From the IMG/VR virus record IMGVR_UViG_3300050821_005889: a stretch of 64,000 bases of DNA; one strand, given 5' to 3'. This document shows positions 1-8,122 of the stretch, piece by piece. The notes under the pieces are model-generated. The model had not been told where the DNA came from, did not search any database, and was given only the letters and a program-made list of their open reading frames with translations. The position numbers were made by a program, and so were the translations under genes. The DNA comes from a virus. Numbering within the stretch: position 1 is the first letter of the stretch; every line of letters begins with the position of its first letter.

Positions 1-119
1 CCGTCGCCGTTGCCGTCGCCGTAGCCGTTGCCGTTGCCGTAGCCGTCGCCGTAGCCGTTGCCGTTGCCGTCGCCGTAAGTATTTTGGCTATCCTCGAAGT
101 TTACAGCAATCCGCTCCAT
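1..119 (-). CDS. Gly/Asp/Asn/Tyr-repeat protein, N-terminal fragment (continues past window edge)
   Basis: ATG at 119 (minus). Reads MERIAVNFEDSQNTY, then G-D/N/Y dipeptide repeats (YGDGNGNGYGDGYGNGNGYGDGNGDG). A GGC-GAC/AAC/TAC codon repeat fills 1..78. Too short for the ORF track. Confidence 0.4.
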   Translation of the reverse strand, partial: MERIAVNFEDSQNTYGDGNGNGYGDGYGNGNGYGDGNGD

Positions 120-439
120 GATGATTGATTTACGGTAATGGTATGCACGACTGTTAACCAGTCAAATTCAACTACGCCTTGACATTTGTCCAGTTTTGTT
201 GAACTTGTTATACCATTAACCAATTCGGGCAATCCTTTGGTAGTTCCCCATACACGGATACATGATGCGTTATGTAGTTTACAATCGTTACCATTACGTT
301 CAAAACGACCTACATAAACCCATCCTCGCTGGAGGACGACTATTTTTATTTCTCCGGTATGCTCTGTATTTTTTACAGAATCTTTACGAACATAGAGCTG
401 CCCGTTAATTTCTACCTCATTAATTTTTTGTTGTTCCAT
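101..439 (-). CDS. hypothetical protein (112 aa)
   Basis: ATG at 439. Member of the tightly packed same-strand array. No family recognised. Confidence 0.7.
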   Translation of the reverse strand: MEQQKINEVEINGQLYVRKDSVKNTEHTGEIKIVVLQRGWVYVGRFERNGNDCKLHNASCIRVWGTTKGLPELVNGITSSTKLDKCQGVVEFDWLTVVHTITVNQSSWSGLL

Positions 440-450
440 GTTTATTATTT

Positions 451-954
451 TTAATAACTTATTTCAAATGTGTCGCTGCTTGATTTTGCCGGTGGATATT
501 CTGTGGTCACCTCCCCGGTCTCCTTATCCACAACTTCTTTAGTGGTCTTAAGGGTCTTAAGTGTGGCCTCCAGCTCTTTTAGCTTTACCTTTTCCTGCTC
601 TACCTTAGCGCTCTGTTTGACCCAGGCTTCCGTCTTACTGAAATCCCAGGACACATTAGTCTGCTTTAGAATAGCGGTAGCTCTGTGTTTGGTTATGCCA
701 GCCCTTCCGCCCTTAGCAATCTCTGTGAGAACATTTGGAGCAATTGCCTTACGTGTATCCTCACAGATGTCCTTAAGGGCTTTGAGGCGAATGGCAAGGT
801 CTACAGGGTCAAGGAACCCTTCGGTGACCAGAGTGGCAAGCGTGTTAACTATTTGCTGTACCGAGGACTTGGATATAACACAAGGCTCTTTAAGGGATAA
901 GAGGTCTTGTATATCCAGTGGCTTTGCCAGTTTGTTTTCGTTAGTTGTTTCCAT
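451..954 (-). CDS. hypothetical coiled-coil protein (167 aa)
   Basis: The track ORF 451..1089 overlaps the upstream gene over its first 45 codons. The ATG at 954 lies 1 nt after that gene's TGA (956..958). C-terminal half looks helical (KVEQEKVKLKELEATLKTLK). Confidence 0.6.
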   Translation of the reverse strand: METTNENKLAKPLDIQDLLSLKEPCVISKSSVQQIVNTLATLVTEGFLDPVDLAIRLKALKDICEDTRKAIAPNVLTEIAKGGRAGITKHRATAILKQTNVSWDFSKTEAWVKQSAKVEQEKVKLKELEATLKTLKTTKEVVDKETGEVTTEYPPAKSSSDTFEISY

Positions 955-955
955 A

Positions 956-1708
956 TCAAAAGGGAAGGCTTTCATCTTCATTTGGTGGCGGTGCGTTAAA
1001 TATATCATCGGTAATAGATGGCTCTCTGTCTCTATCCAGGTCTGGATGATATTCAGGTGACTCATCTTGTTCCGGTTCCAGGAAGTCATCCGGGGGTGCC
1101 TGTTGTGATGACGGAGGAGACTGTGGCATAGCCCCTTGCCTCATAGTCATCATGGTAGTATATTCCTTACTGCCCTGCATTTTCTCCTTGATGAACTGGG
1201 GCATCTTATCAAAGATTTCCTGTTTCCAGTCGTCATACACCAGAATCTTAGGCGGGTTGACGGCGGGTGGACAGGTAAGCCCTTCTGGTATAGGAGAAAT
1301 GTTTTGAACCTTTTCCCTTACGGTTCCCTTCTTGGAGGTCTCATGTATAACGTTAATCATACACGTCCTTCCAACCAACTTGGTCAGGTCGACTCCTTTC
1401 TCCACTTGTTCCGGGGTTAACTTCTTACCAAACCATGATTCAATATGGTCTCTCAGATGGGAGCCTTCAAACAGGGAGTTGGTGTATTCCCGGCTAAGGG
1501 CGTATGGTTGTGCTGGGGTGCCTTCTTTGAACACGCGGGTCTTGGTAGGGAACTCCCAGCCAATGCGTACTTTCTTTTGTACCTTCACTTCTCCCATGTA
1601 CTCATCCATCACGGTTCCGATTTCAATTACTTCATAGCACCTGGCCACGTAGTTTCCAGCAGGCAGTAACGTTCTCTGCGGCTGTTCGTTTCTTGCAATT
1701 AAGCTCAT
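956..1708 (-). CDS. putative ssDNA-binding protein (DUF669/SSB-like) with acidic C-terminal tip
   Basis: 250 aa. Beta-rich N-terminal core (LPAGNYVARCYEVIEIG...RIGWEF), then a Pro/Gln/acidic linker. The C-terminus ...PPNEDESLPF resembles the SSB DDDIPF tail. Call rests on motif recall only. Confidence 0.5.
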   Translation of the reverse strand: MSLIARNEQPQRTLLPAGNYVARCYEVIEIGTVMDEYMGEVKVQKKVRIGWEFPTKTRVFKEGTPAQPYALSREYTNSLFEGSHLRDHIESWFGKKLTPEQVEKGVDLTKLVGRTCMINVIHETSKKGTVREKVQNISPIPEGLTCPPAVNPPKILVYDDWKQEIFDKMPQFIKEKMQGSKEYTTMMTMRQGAMPQSPPSSQQAPPDDFLEPEQDESPEYHPDLDRDREPSITDDIFNAPPPNEDESLPF

Positions 1709-1941
1709 GTATCCTTTTGTAGTTTAAAAATGTTTGACCATCCCATTGAATCGTAGCAGTCCTGTGCCGCTACTACAACTTCGTGTATTGCATTGGCGGC
1801 TTCTGCATCAGATTGCCTGCCCTCCATTGCTTTAAGGTTATTCAAGATGCTACGCATGTTTCTGCGAATCTTAAACAAAATATATGCCCGGTAAGAATAA
1901 AATATTACTAACCCGGCAAGGACTGATTTTAATAGTATCAT
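1705..1941 (-). CDS. small membrane protein (78 aa)
   Basis: N-terminal hydrophobic helix (ILLKSVLAGLVIFYSYRAYILF). ATGA overlaps on both sides. Confidence 0.6.
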   Translation of the reverse strand: MILLKSVLAGLVIFYSYRAYILFKIRRNMRSILNNLKAMEGRQSDAEAANAIHEVVVAAQDCYDSMGWSNIFKLQKDT

Positions 1942-2099
1942 TTCATTTGCCTTTTAAGTATCCAATTCTTTTTTGCCCGGCGGTAAATCTTTTTAAAGGT
2001 TACGTCCTTATTTACTGCAAGGCTTTCCTTGCGGGTCTTGATGTCATACATCTGGGACTTCACCAGTCGCCTGATTTTCTTTGCTAACTTCTGTCTCAT
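1938..2099 (-). CDS. small basic protein (53 aa)
   Basis: MRQKLAKKIRRLVKSQMYDIKTRK.... The start overlaps the stop of 2096..2398 (ATGA) and the stop overlaps the start of 1705..1941 (ATGA). Below the ORF-track cutoff. Confidence 0.5.
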   Translation of the reverse strand: MRQKLAKKIRRLVKSQMYDIKTRKESLAVNKDVTFKKIYRRAKKNWILKRQMK

Positions 2100-2398
2100 C
2101 CGAATATGTCAGTGTTGTTTTGTTTCCTGTATTCTTTTTTCTCCTGCTCTATAGCCTGCCTGAAATTAGAGGCCATCTCGTCGTATCCAAATGTTTCTGC
2201 CTGGGCTACACATCGTTCCTTATCTTCGATGTCAAGGAGAGGAAAGGTTGTGGCAAGATAATGTTTTATAGCCCCGTCCTTCACTTCTTCGCTGCTCCTT
2301 TTTACCAGCTCGCCGATAAGGACATCATCCTGTGCCAGCGTCTTAATAAACTCATCCTTCTTGATTATAATAGGATAAGGGATATAAAGTTTACTCAT
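2096..2398 (-). CDS. hypothetical protein (100 aa)
   Basis: ATG at 2398, in the same-strand array. Confidence 0.65.
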   Translation of the reverse strand: MSKLYIPYPIIIKKDEFIKTLAQDDVLIGELVKRSSEEVKDGAIKHYLATTFPLLDIEDKERCVAQAETFGYDEMASNFRQAIEQEKKEYRKQNNTDIFG

Positions 2399-2436
2399 CT
2401 GTTTTCCTGTAGTTTAGTCGTCGTTAAAGTTAAATA

Positions 2437-2712
2437 TTAATCCCCAAAAGCCTTAGTAAAATATCCGTCTCTAAAATCTTTGTCAAGCTGTAGTACATTT
2501 TTGAAGCTGTATGTCAACCCTGATTTCCTTTTAAATTCAAGGTAGTCAGTTTGTTCCTGCTGGCTGAAACCGCCCAGGTCATTACCGTCCTTTAGGATAA
2601 CGGAGACCCCCGGTTTATCCGAACCTATGTTATATTTTTCGTACACAAATCCTTCCTGTGGGTGTGACCCCAGGAAGGCATGGTTCACAAATACAATATC
2701 ACCTACTTCCAT
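2437..2712 (-). CDS. hypothetical protein (91 aa)
   Basis: ATG at 2712, in the same-strand array. Confidence 0.65.
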   Translation of the reverse strand: MEVGDIVFVNHAFLGSHPQEGFVYEKYNIGSDKPGVSVILKDGNDLGGFSQQEQTDYLEFKRKSGLTYSFKNVLQLDKDFRDGYFTKAFGD

Positions 2713-2713
2713 A

Positions 2714-3301
2714 TTATTTAGTTGGGATAAATTCCCCCTTGTTTGTAATTATGTTCTGCATGATGGCGCGAAGGCGTTTGGTATCACTGTATATTTTAGA
2801 GCCAAACAGAAGACTTGCATCTATCTCGTCTTGAGACGGAATATAACCAAATGCACCTCTTGCATAATTAGAAAAACCTGAGCTGTATCTTTTTTCAAAA
2901 GCAATCTCTATCATGGATAATTGCCGTGGAGTAAAATATTTACTCATTAACTCCTTAGCTTCCCCATGAAGCGAACTTTGAAATATGACGTCACGGAACT
3001 TTAGCTTATTTTTGAAATGAGTTATACTCATAAGACAAGAACCTATAGCGCACACGCTACAGGTTTTAACTTTGTTGAAGTTAGACTGAATGTCATCAGC
3101 CTTGTCGGCGTAAAACCCGTTATTATAAATTGGAATCCTTACATACGCTCCAACAGAAGCGCCATATCGCCCGGCATCCAATTGTTTTAATACATCTTTT
3201 GCTATAATGACCCGCTTGCCACCGGGGCTTGCCATTTCAAAACGCCAGTTATTGTACTGCGTTTTCAGGTTGAGCCACCTGAGATTTATATTTAGTTTCA
3301 T
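2714..3301 (-). CDS. hypothetical protein (195 aa), C-x-x-C-A-[IV]-G family
   Basis: ATG at 3301. Shares the motifs TCSVCAIGSC and QLSMIEIAFEK with the 52312..52800 product. Confidence 0.65.
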   Translation of the reverse strand: MKLNINLRWLNLKTQYNNWRFEMASPGGKRVIIAKDVLKQLDAGRYGASVGAYVRIPIYNNGFYADKADDIQSNFNKVKTCSVCAIGSCLMSITHFKNKLKFRDVIFQSSLHGEAKELMSKYFTPRQLSMIEIAFEKRYSSGFSNYARGAFGYIPSQDEIDASLLFGSKIYSDTKRLRAIMQNIITNKGEFIPTK

Positions 3302-3320
3302 CGTTTTAATTTTAAGTTAG

Positions 3321-3416
3321 TGCGGGGAGCTGGAGTCGAACCAGCAAACTATTCACCAACAAACAAAGGAAGTGGAACCTTTCCCATTGGCCGCTTTACC
3401 ATTTGCGTACCCTCGC
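3321..3416 (-). tRNA. non-canonical tRNA-like gene (96 nt), identity unresolved
   Basis: On the minus strand the acceptor GCGAGGG pairs with TCCCCGC at 6 of 7 positions. There is a 3-bp D-arm (CGC-AAATGGTAAA-GCG), a perfect T-arm (GCTGG-TTCGACT-CCAGC) and discriminator A. However, 45 nt lie between the D- and T-arms instead of about 22, so I could not fold a standard 7-nt anticodon loop. Confidence 0.4.
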
Positions 3417-3550
3417 AAAAGTGGGAGCCGGAGTCAATTTCCTTCGTCCGTCTCCCTTTATGTAGAAGCATCTCTTAGGTGGCTTAAGGCTTAAATGCTA
3501 AACGCTCTATCACTAAGCTACCACTCCTTGTTGTATTATCTTTTAAGAGG

Positions 3551-3580
3551 AGCGGGGCAGAATCAGACTGCCGCTTTTTA
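3551..3580. terminator. hairpin with flanking A/T runs (candidate bidirectional terminator)
   Basis: AGCGGGGCAG-AATCAGA-CTGCCGCT followed by TTTTT on the plus strand. It lies about 120 nt downstream of the minus gene 3700..4509. It can also be read as a T-arm-like element (GGCAG-TCTGATT-CTGCC). Confidence 0.3.
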
Positions 3581-3699
3581 GTTTGAAGTACCACCTATAT
3601 GCTTATTACCAATAAGACTAAACCTAAAGCTACTGAACAACACTTACACCACTATATGAACGTAAGCGTGAATCTAAAGCTAAGGCTCAATCAGTTTCT

Positions 3700-4509
3700 T
3701 TATTCTAAACTGCCCTTATGCAGATAGTTGAAAAATTTCTCAGACGTCATTTCAGAAGCAACCACCGGAACTTCATTGGCTACCTTTAAAGCCTCTATGA
3801 CTGCGGTAAGCATCTTGGTTCTACGAGCCAGGACGTTTGCCCTTTCCAGGTGAGACCATTCACCGGAGAATTTCTGATGTGTATAATCTCCAAGTTCCAT
3901 GATAGTATCCCTTTGTGCCAACATAGGGGTGTACTTGGTACCCTTGTCCAATTTGTCAAGATTGGGGTCTGGCAAAATGTAAGCCTCTTTAACCGTTGTC
4001 TTTTTCACACCGGCTCTCATCTCGGTCTCAAATACATTTTTGTTTTTGTATTCAGGATTAGAGGTAGAAGACCAGTTCTCATCTTCTGTTCGCACAGGAA
4101 TGTTTTCATACATGTCCTTTAGCGTAGCACTTTCCAGAAGCGTCTTTAGTCTAAGTAGTTCCAATGAAGTAAATTCTCCAAAGTGGATTCCATCTATGAC
4201 CAGTTTGGTCTTTGCGACCCCGGAAGAATTTGTTTTTTCCTGGCTGAACAAGGCGTCAATATATTCCTTATTCATTGTCTTTAACCAGTCCAGCTTTTCG
4301 TCAACTGTTGTTACAACCAGTTTGCTGTTACGGGCAGAGGGGTCATCTATAACCCCGGCTCTTGGGGAGTAGGTGTTCTTCTCTCCCTTGAATGCGCCCT
4401 GGGAGCCCTTAAAGAACTTTACATAGTCCTCCAGTCCCTTTTTAAAACTTGAGGCCAGATGGTCTGTTACAGCCAGAAGTACATTTAATTTTAAATCTTT
4501 TTTGTTCAT
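3700..4509 (-). CDS. hypothetical protein (269 aa)
   Basis: One of the longer ORFs of the early block. Followed by a 400-bp non-coding, RNA-like region. No family recognised. Confidence 0.75.
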   Translation of the reverse strand: MNKKDLKLNVLLAVTDHLASSFKKGLEDYVKFFKGSQGAFKGEKNTYSPRAGVIDDPSARNSKLVVTTVDEKLDWLKTMNKEYIDALFSQEKTNSSGVAKTKLVIDGIHFGEFTSLELLRLKTLLESATLKDMYENIPVRTEDENWSSTSNPEYKNKNVFETEMRAGVKKTTVKEAYILPDPNLDKLDKGTKYTPMLAQRDTIMELGDYTHQKFSGEWSHLERANVLARRTKMLTAVIEALKVANEVPVVASEMTSEKFFNYLHKGSLE

Positions 4510-4534
4510 TCTGTTTTAGTTTAAGTATTATTAA

Positions 4535-5281
4535 TTAATCAATTTTAGACAGCCACACCTTCTTGTTGTTTTTCCAGTTGAAGATAGTTTCAAGCATGGT
4601 AAGGTATTGTTTTACAGAACCGGCATGAACCAATTCTGTTGACATATATTGTAGTTTCTGCATGAATTTATCAAAGTCAAATTCTGGATGTTCTAAGGCA
4701 TGAACCATAGCAAACACAAAGCTGCGCCTTTTGTATCCATCATAGTATTGTTTTATACGATGAATCTTATCGCCAATATCATTGGCTTTCTTTAGTTGGG
4801 TTATCTTAAATGTCCCATTTTCAAATGCCTCTGGAGCTCCCCCCTTTCCTCCTGCCTGCGCCCCGGTGAGAAGGGATAACGAAATCTGGTGGGCAAATCC
4901 ATACTTTTCCTGGAACTCTTTATATTTAACGTAGTCTTCCTTACCTTCATTGATATATCTGTGAAGGTAATCTTCGGCAACCCATTTATCATGGTTGGTA
5001 TTAGCCCTTGTAACCTGTTCTATACCATAGCCTTTTACAATTATAAAGAATACAGGCTTCCCAAGTTGGGCAATGGCAGACAGCCTGTTCTGCCCGTCAA
5101 TAATTTCAAACTTATCATTAACAATGATAGGTATTTGCAACTGCTCTTCCTCTATGGACTTCATGAGCTTTTGAACATGCCGATTGTCAAGTTCCCTGTT
5201 GCCTTTCAGTTTCTTAAAGACTCCATAGTCTTTAGTTTCGAGGACTTTGTTGACCTCCTTGAAGTGTTTAGCTTTTAACAT
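4535..5281 (-). CDS. ParB/Srx-like N-terminal domain protein
   Basis: 248 aa. GNRELDNRHVQKLMKSI ... IIDGQNRLSAI matches the ParB-like nuclease / DGQxR box arrangement. Motif-level call. Confidence 0.6.
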   Translation of the reverse strand: MLKAKHFKEVNKVLETKDYGVFKKLKGNRELDNRHVQKLMKSIEEEQLQIPIIVNDKFEIIDGQNRLSAIAQLGKPVFFIIVKGYGIEQVTRANTNHDKWVAEDYLHRYINEGKEDYVKYKEFQEKYGFAHQISLSLLTGAQAGGKGGAPEAFENGTFKITQLKKANDIGDKIHRIKQYYDGYKRRSFVFAMVHALEHPEFDFDKFMQKLQYMSTELVHAGSVKQYLTMLETIFNWKNNKKVWLSKID

Positions 5282-5376
5282 CGTTTTACTGTTTGTTTAT
5301 TTCTATGATAATAATTAGCGTAAGTAACAGCAGTATCATAAACAACACTACTGCATCAATTATTTTGGGGTTGATA

Positions 5377-5712
5377 TTATTTGACAATCTTACTACCTTT
5401 ATCAAGGTCGCCAGACATCTTCATCCTGTATAGATTCACTGTCTCGTCCATTGTCTGCTCTATAAACAGACCTACAAATAAGGCTTCATTGTAGGGCATA
5501 TCTTTTGCCATCTCCACCATTGCTGTAAGGTTCCCTCCCAGGTCTGCAACTATACCCTGTTCGTCCATAGCCATATTGGCATCTGTTATAGCCCTCATTT
5601 TGGTTTGAATCTCTTCGCTGCGCTCAAGGGTAAGACCCAGAATCTTATAGGTTTCTTTGGGTGGTGTATTCATTGCCACGTCCCTCATCTGTTGTGCCGT
5701 TCTTTTTTCCAT
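5377..5712 (-). CDS. hypothetical protein (111 aa)
   Basis: ATG at 5712, preceded by an AACTAACTGAACTAAA leader. Confidence 0.65.
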   Translation of the reverse strand: MEKRTAQQMRDVAMNTPPKETYKILGLTLERSEEIQTKMRAITDANMAMDEQGIVADLGGNLTAMVEMAKDMPYNEALFVGLFIEQTMDETVNLYRMKMSGDLDKGSKIVK

Positions 5713-5773
5713 TTTAGTTCAGTTAGTTATAATTTGGGCTGCAAATATAGTATATTATATTGTAGTATAAAAT

Positions 5774-6025
5774 TTATTTTATACGCCATATTCTTATACC
5801 ACCATTGCTGCTACGGGTAGTAAACCTAATTTTTGGATTATTCCTTTTAGCCCAAAGTATAGCAGAAATTCTTAAAGAGTTCCCAAGATTAAGTTTACTA
5901 TCCTTATTGAATGGAATAAAAAAACTGTCTCCTATATTCAGTTTATTAAATGGATATTTCAATGGGGCTCCTGCCCCTTTACTTTTAGGAATTTGGATAT
6001 TCTTTTCAATCTTAATAGGTTTCAT
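5774..6025 (-). CDS. hypothetical protein (83 aa)
   Basis: ATG at 6025, in the same-strand array. Confidence 0.6.
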   Translation of the reverse strand: MKPIKIEKNIQIPKSKGAGAPLKYPFNKLNIGDSFFIPFNKDSKLNLGNSLRISAILWAKRNNPKIRFTTRSSNGGIRIWRIK

Positions 6026-6030
6026 TTCTT

Positions 6031-6351
6031 TTATATGTTTTGTAATGCTTTAAAATAAACTGGACTCACCGGGAACTTAGGTCTGCGTGGAATGCGTAGT
6101 CTCTTATACCCTGCCTTCTTCTTTTTCTTATAGTCCTCGATCTGTTCATTATAATACTTGTCACCATGAACTATCATGGCAAGGACATACGCTGCCTGTA
6201 AGGACATCTCGTAGTTAACCCTTGTGCCCTTAATTCTGAATGAGATAAGGTCGCCGGGTTTAAGCGTGACGGCTACAGGTCGGTTCCTGTAGCGACCCAT
6301 AGGTGAGACCGCTAAGGTCTGCCGGGTAATGGGCTTAAGGAGTTTGGTCAT
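6031..6351 (-). CDS. hypothetical protein (106 aa)
   Basis: ATGA overlap with the upstream gene. Confidence 0.65.
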   Translation of the reverse strand: MTKLLKPITRQTLAVSPMGRYRNRPVAVTLKPGDLISFRIKGTRVNYEMSLQAAYVLAMIVHGDKYYNEQIEDYKKKKKAGYKRLRIPRRPKFPVSPVYFKALQNI

Positions 6352-6788
6352 CGTTTAAATATTTTGCCTTTAGTCGAATTGAGCTTTAATTTAGGAGGGG
6401 TGTTTTCAACAAGGTAATTATTCCATCTATCCGCCTCTTTCTTAACGGAAAACAATTGAGTCGTAATGACTTTTTTAACCGATGTTGAATGCAATCTTGT
6501 TGATACTTGCGCTGGAGAGCCATATTTATGAGAACTTACGGAATACGTTTTGCCTGATTGGCGTACGGTTAAATCCCCGCCAACTAAAGACACTTCAAAA
6601 TGCCACCCTAAATTTTCAAATACCCTCTTTTCCCATTTTCCGCCTACCTCTTTTCCGCATTTTTTTATCAAAGCCTCTGCATCCCTATTTGCTTTTAGAA
6701 ATTCGGCATGAGTACAATCGCCACCACAAGCAGGCGAGCAGTATATTTCACCTTTTCTGATAGGTGTCCATCTTTTTGATTCTTTCAT
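6348..6788 (-). CDS. hypothetical protein (146 aa)
   Basis: ATG at 6788. N-terminal Cys cluster CSPACGGDC. Confidence 0.65.
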   Translation of the reverse strand: MKESKRWTPIRKGEIYCSPACGGDCTHAEFLKANRDAEALIKKCGKEVGGKWEKRVFENLGWHFEVSLVGGDLTVRQSGKTYSVSSHKYGSPAQVSTRLHSTSVKKVITTQLFSVKKEADRWNNYLVENTPPKLKLNSTKGKIFKR

Positions 6789-6812
6789 TTTTGCAATCAG
6801 TTAGTTGTTTAC

Positions 6813-6839
6813 GGGAGGGGACTACTATGAACCCCTCCC
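6813..6839 (-). terminator. GC-rich hairpin between early genes
   Basis: GGGAGGGG-11 nt-CCCCTCCC, an 8-bp all-GC stem in the 107-nt gap after 6896..7252. A second hairpin (ACAGGG-8 nt-CCCTGT) sits at 6854..6873. There is no U-tract. Confidence 0.45.
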
Positions 6840-6895
6840 TTCCTCACAATTATACAGGGGCTTGGAACCCTGTAACTCAACTGCAACACAATATC

Positions 6896-7252
6896 TTAGT
6901 CCCCTATAACATAAATGTTATGGTTCTCATTGGTAGCCAACCAGTCACGAGCTATCTGTTTAGCCCTATCAAGGTTCGATGGTTGAACTACCACATATCT
7001 TTTAATCATGAACACATTGGAAGAACGTGCTGCGGTCTCCCGGTATTTAATGTGTTCCTTTTTTAATGCCTGTTTGATTCCATTTAGTTCCCGTGTGGTA
7101 ATATGGGATGGAGCCGGTGAATCTTCCCATTCTCCTGCATCAGAGCCGCCTACTACGGCATATTTGAACTCTGAATAACCTCTCATCGGGTCGGTGTGCC
7201 TCCAGCGCATAGCCATATTGAATGACTCCGGCTTGTTGGTAGTTGCTTTCAT
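6896..7252 (-). CDS. hypothetical protein (118 aa)
   Basis: ATG at 7252, in the same-strand array. Confidence 0.65.
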   Translation of the reverse strand: MKATTNKPESFNMAMRWRHTDPMRGYSEFKYAVVGGSDAGEWEDSPAPSHITTRELNGIKQALKKEHIKYRETAARSSNVFMIKRYVVVQPSNLDRAKQIARDWLATNENHNIYVIGD

Positions 7253-7255
7253 CGT

Positions 7256-7447
7256 TTATGATTTTTGGTTTGTTATGCCAGTTATATACATCGTTGGCTT
7301 TAGCTTCTTAAACATATCCTCGGCTATCTTAGCCTCTGCTGCCCTTATCTCTATATACTGGCTCTTGGAGTCGTCGTTGAACAGGGAAAAATAAATCCTG
7401 TACTTCTTTAAAGGTAGCGCTGTTTCTTTTCTAAAATTCTGGTTCAT
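7256..7447 (-). CDS. hypothetical protein (63 aa)
   Basis: Overlaps the upstream gene by 4 nt. Confidence 0.55.
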   Translation of the reverse strand: MNQNFRKETALPLKKYRIYFSLFNDDSKSQYIEIRAAEAKIAEDMFKKLKPTMYITGITNQKS

Positions 7448-7758
7448 AAATCTTTGATTGTTTCTGTTTCTAAAACTTGTTCCTGTAATAACTGCTTATT
7501 AGTTTCATTGATAAGACCTATATTCATTTGTATCATCCAGTAATCTATACTACGTTTGTGATACATCATATACCCGGTATCTATTACAAAAAAGTAATAG
7601 CCATTTGTTCCGTCGGTTGAATATACTTTACTGTGCGGAAAGTGTCCCTTTATTTCAAACAGGCACTCCTGTCTTGTTTTAGGAAATAAGTTCCACCTTA
7701 GCAGGTCAATTGTAAGAAAGGTCATAGCCATTATAAACCATAGCATAAATGTTTTCAT
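7444..7758 (-). CDS. membrane protein (104 aa)
   Basis: N-terminal TM helix FMLWFIMAMTFLTIDLL. Confidence 0.6.
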   Translation of the reverse strand: MKTFMLWFIMAMTFLTIDLLRWNLFPKTRQECLFEIKGHFPHSKVYSTDGTNGYYFFVIDTGYMMYHKRSIDYWMIQMNIGLINETNKQLLQEQVLETETIKDL

Positions 7759-7759
7759 A

Positions 7760-8110
7760 TTAGTTCTTTATTTTTTCAAAGCTGAATTTAACCTTTATCA
7801 TCTTCACCGGCTTGAGACCCGTAGGCCATCGCAGGCACTTAATCACTTCGCTTGTGACCTGGTACTGTGTCCTGTCAGCGAGTTCAATCTCATCCATCTT
7901 GGCAAACCATGCAGCAAATATATTCTCTGCCTGCTCCACTATCTTCTTACGTGGTGCCTTGCCGGATATTTGTTCCAGCTCCATTCCGGGCAGCAACCTG
8001 CTCACTTCAAACTTCATAGTAGGTTCAAACCCGGCAAATTCAAGGTCTCCCATTTTGTCATACCGCAGGGTTGCTATCCCTATCTCTAATCCTTTCACAT
8101 TGTCATTCAT
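7760..8110 (-). CDS. hypothetical protein (116 aa), immediately downstream of the isonitrile-synthase gene
   Basis: ATG at 8110, 12 nt after the PvcA-like stop. Confidence 0.65.
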   Translation of the reverse strand: MNDNVKGLEIGIATLRYDKMGDLEFAGFEPTMKFEVSRLLPGMELEQISGKAPRKKIVEQAENIFAAWFAKMDEIELADRTQYQVTSEVIKCLRWPTGLKPVKMIKVKFSFEKIKN

Positions 8111-8122
8111 AGTAGTTCATTT

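Noticed and set aside
470-1060. Long plus-strand ORFs antisense to the minus-strand early genes (for example 470..1060, 1136..1420, 4889..5278, 8679..9029, 13277..13585)
   Set aside because: Each lies entirely inside a longer opposite-strand ORF that belongs to an unbroken, translationally coupled gene array. Their products are low-complexity Ser/Leu-rich mirror translations.
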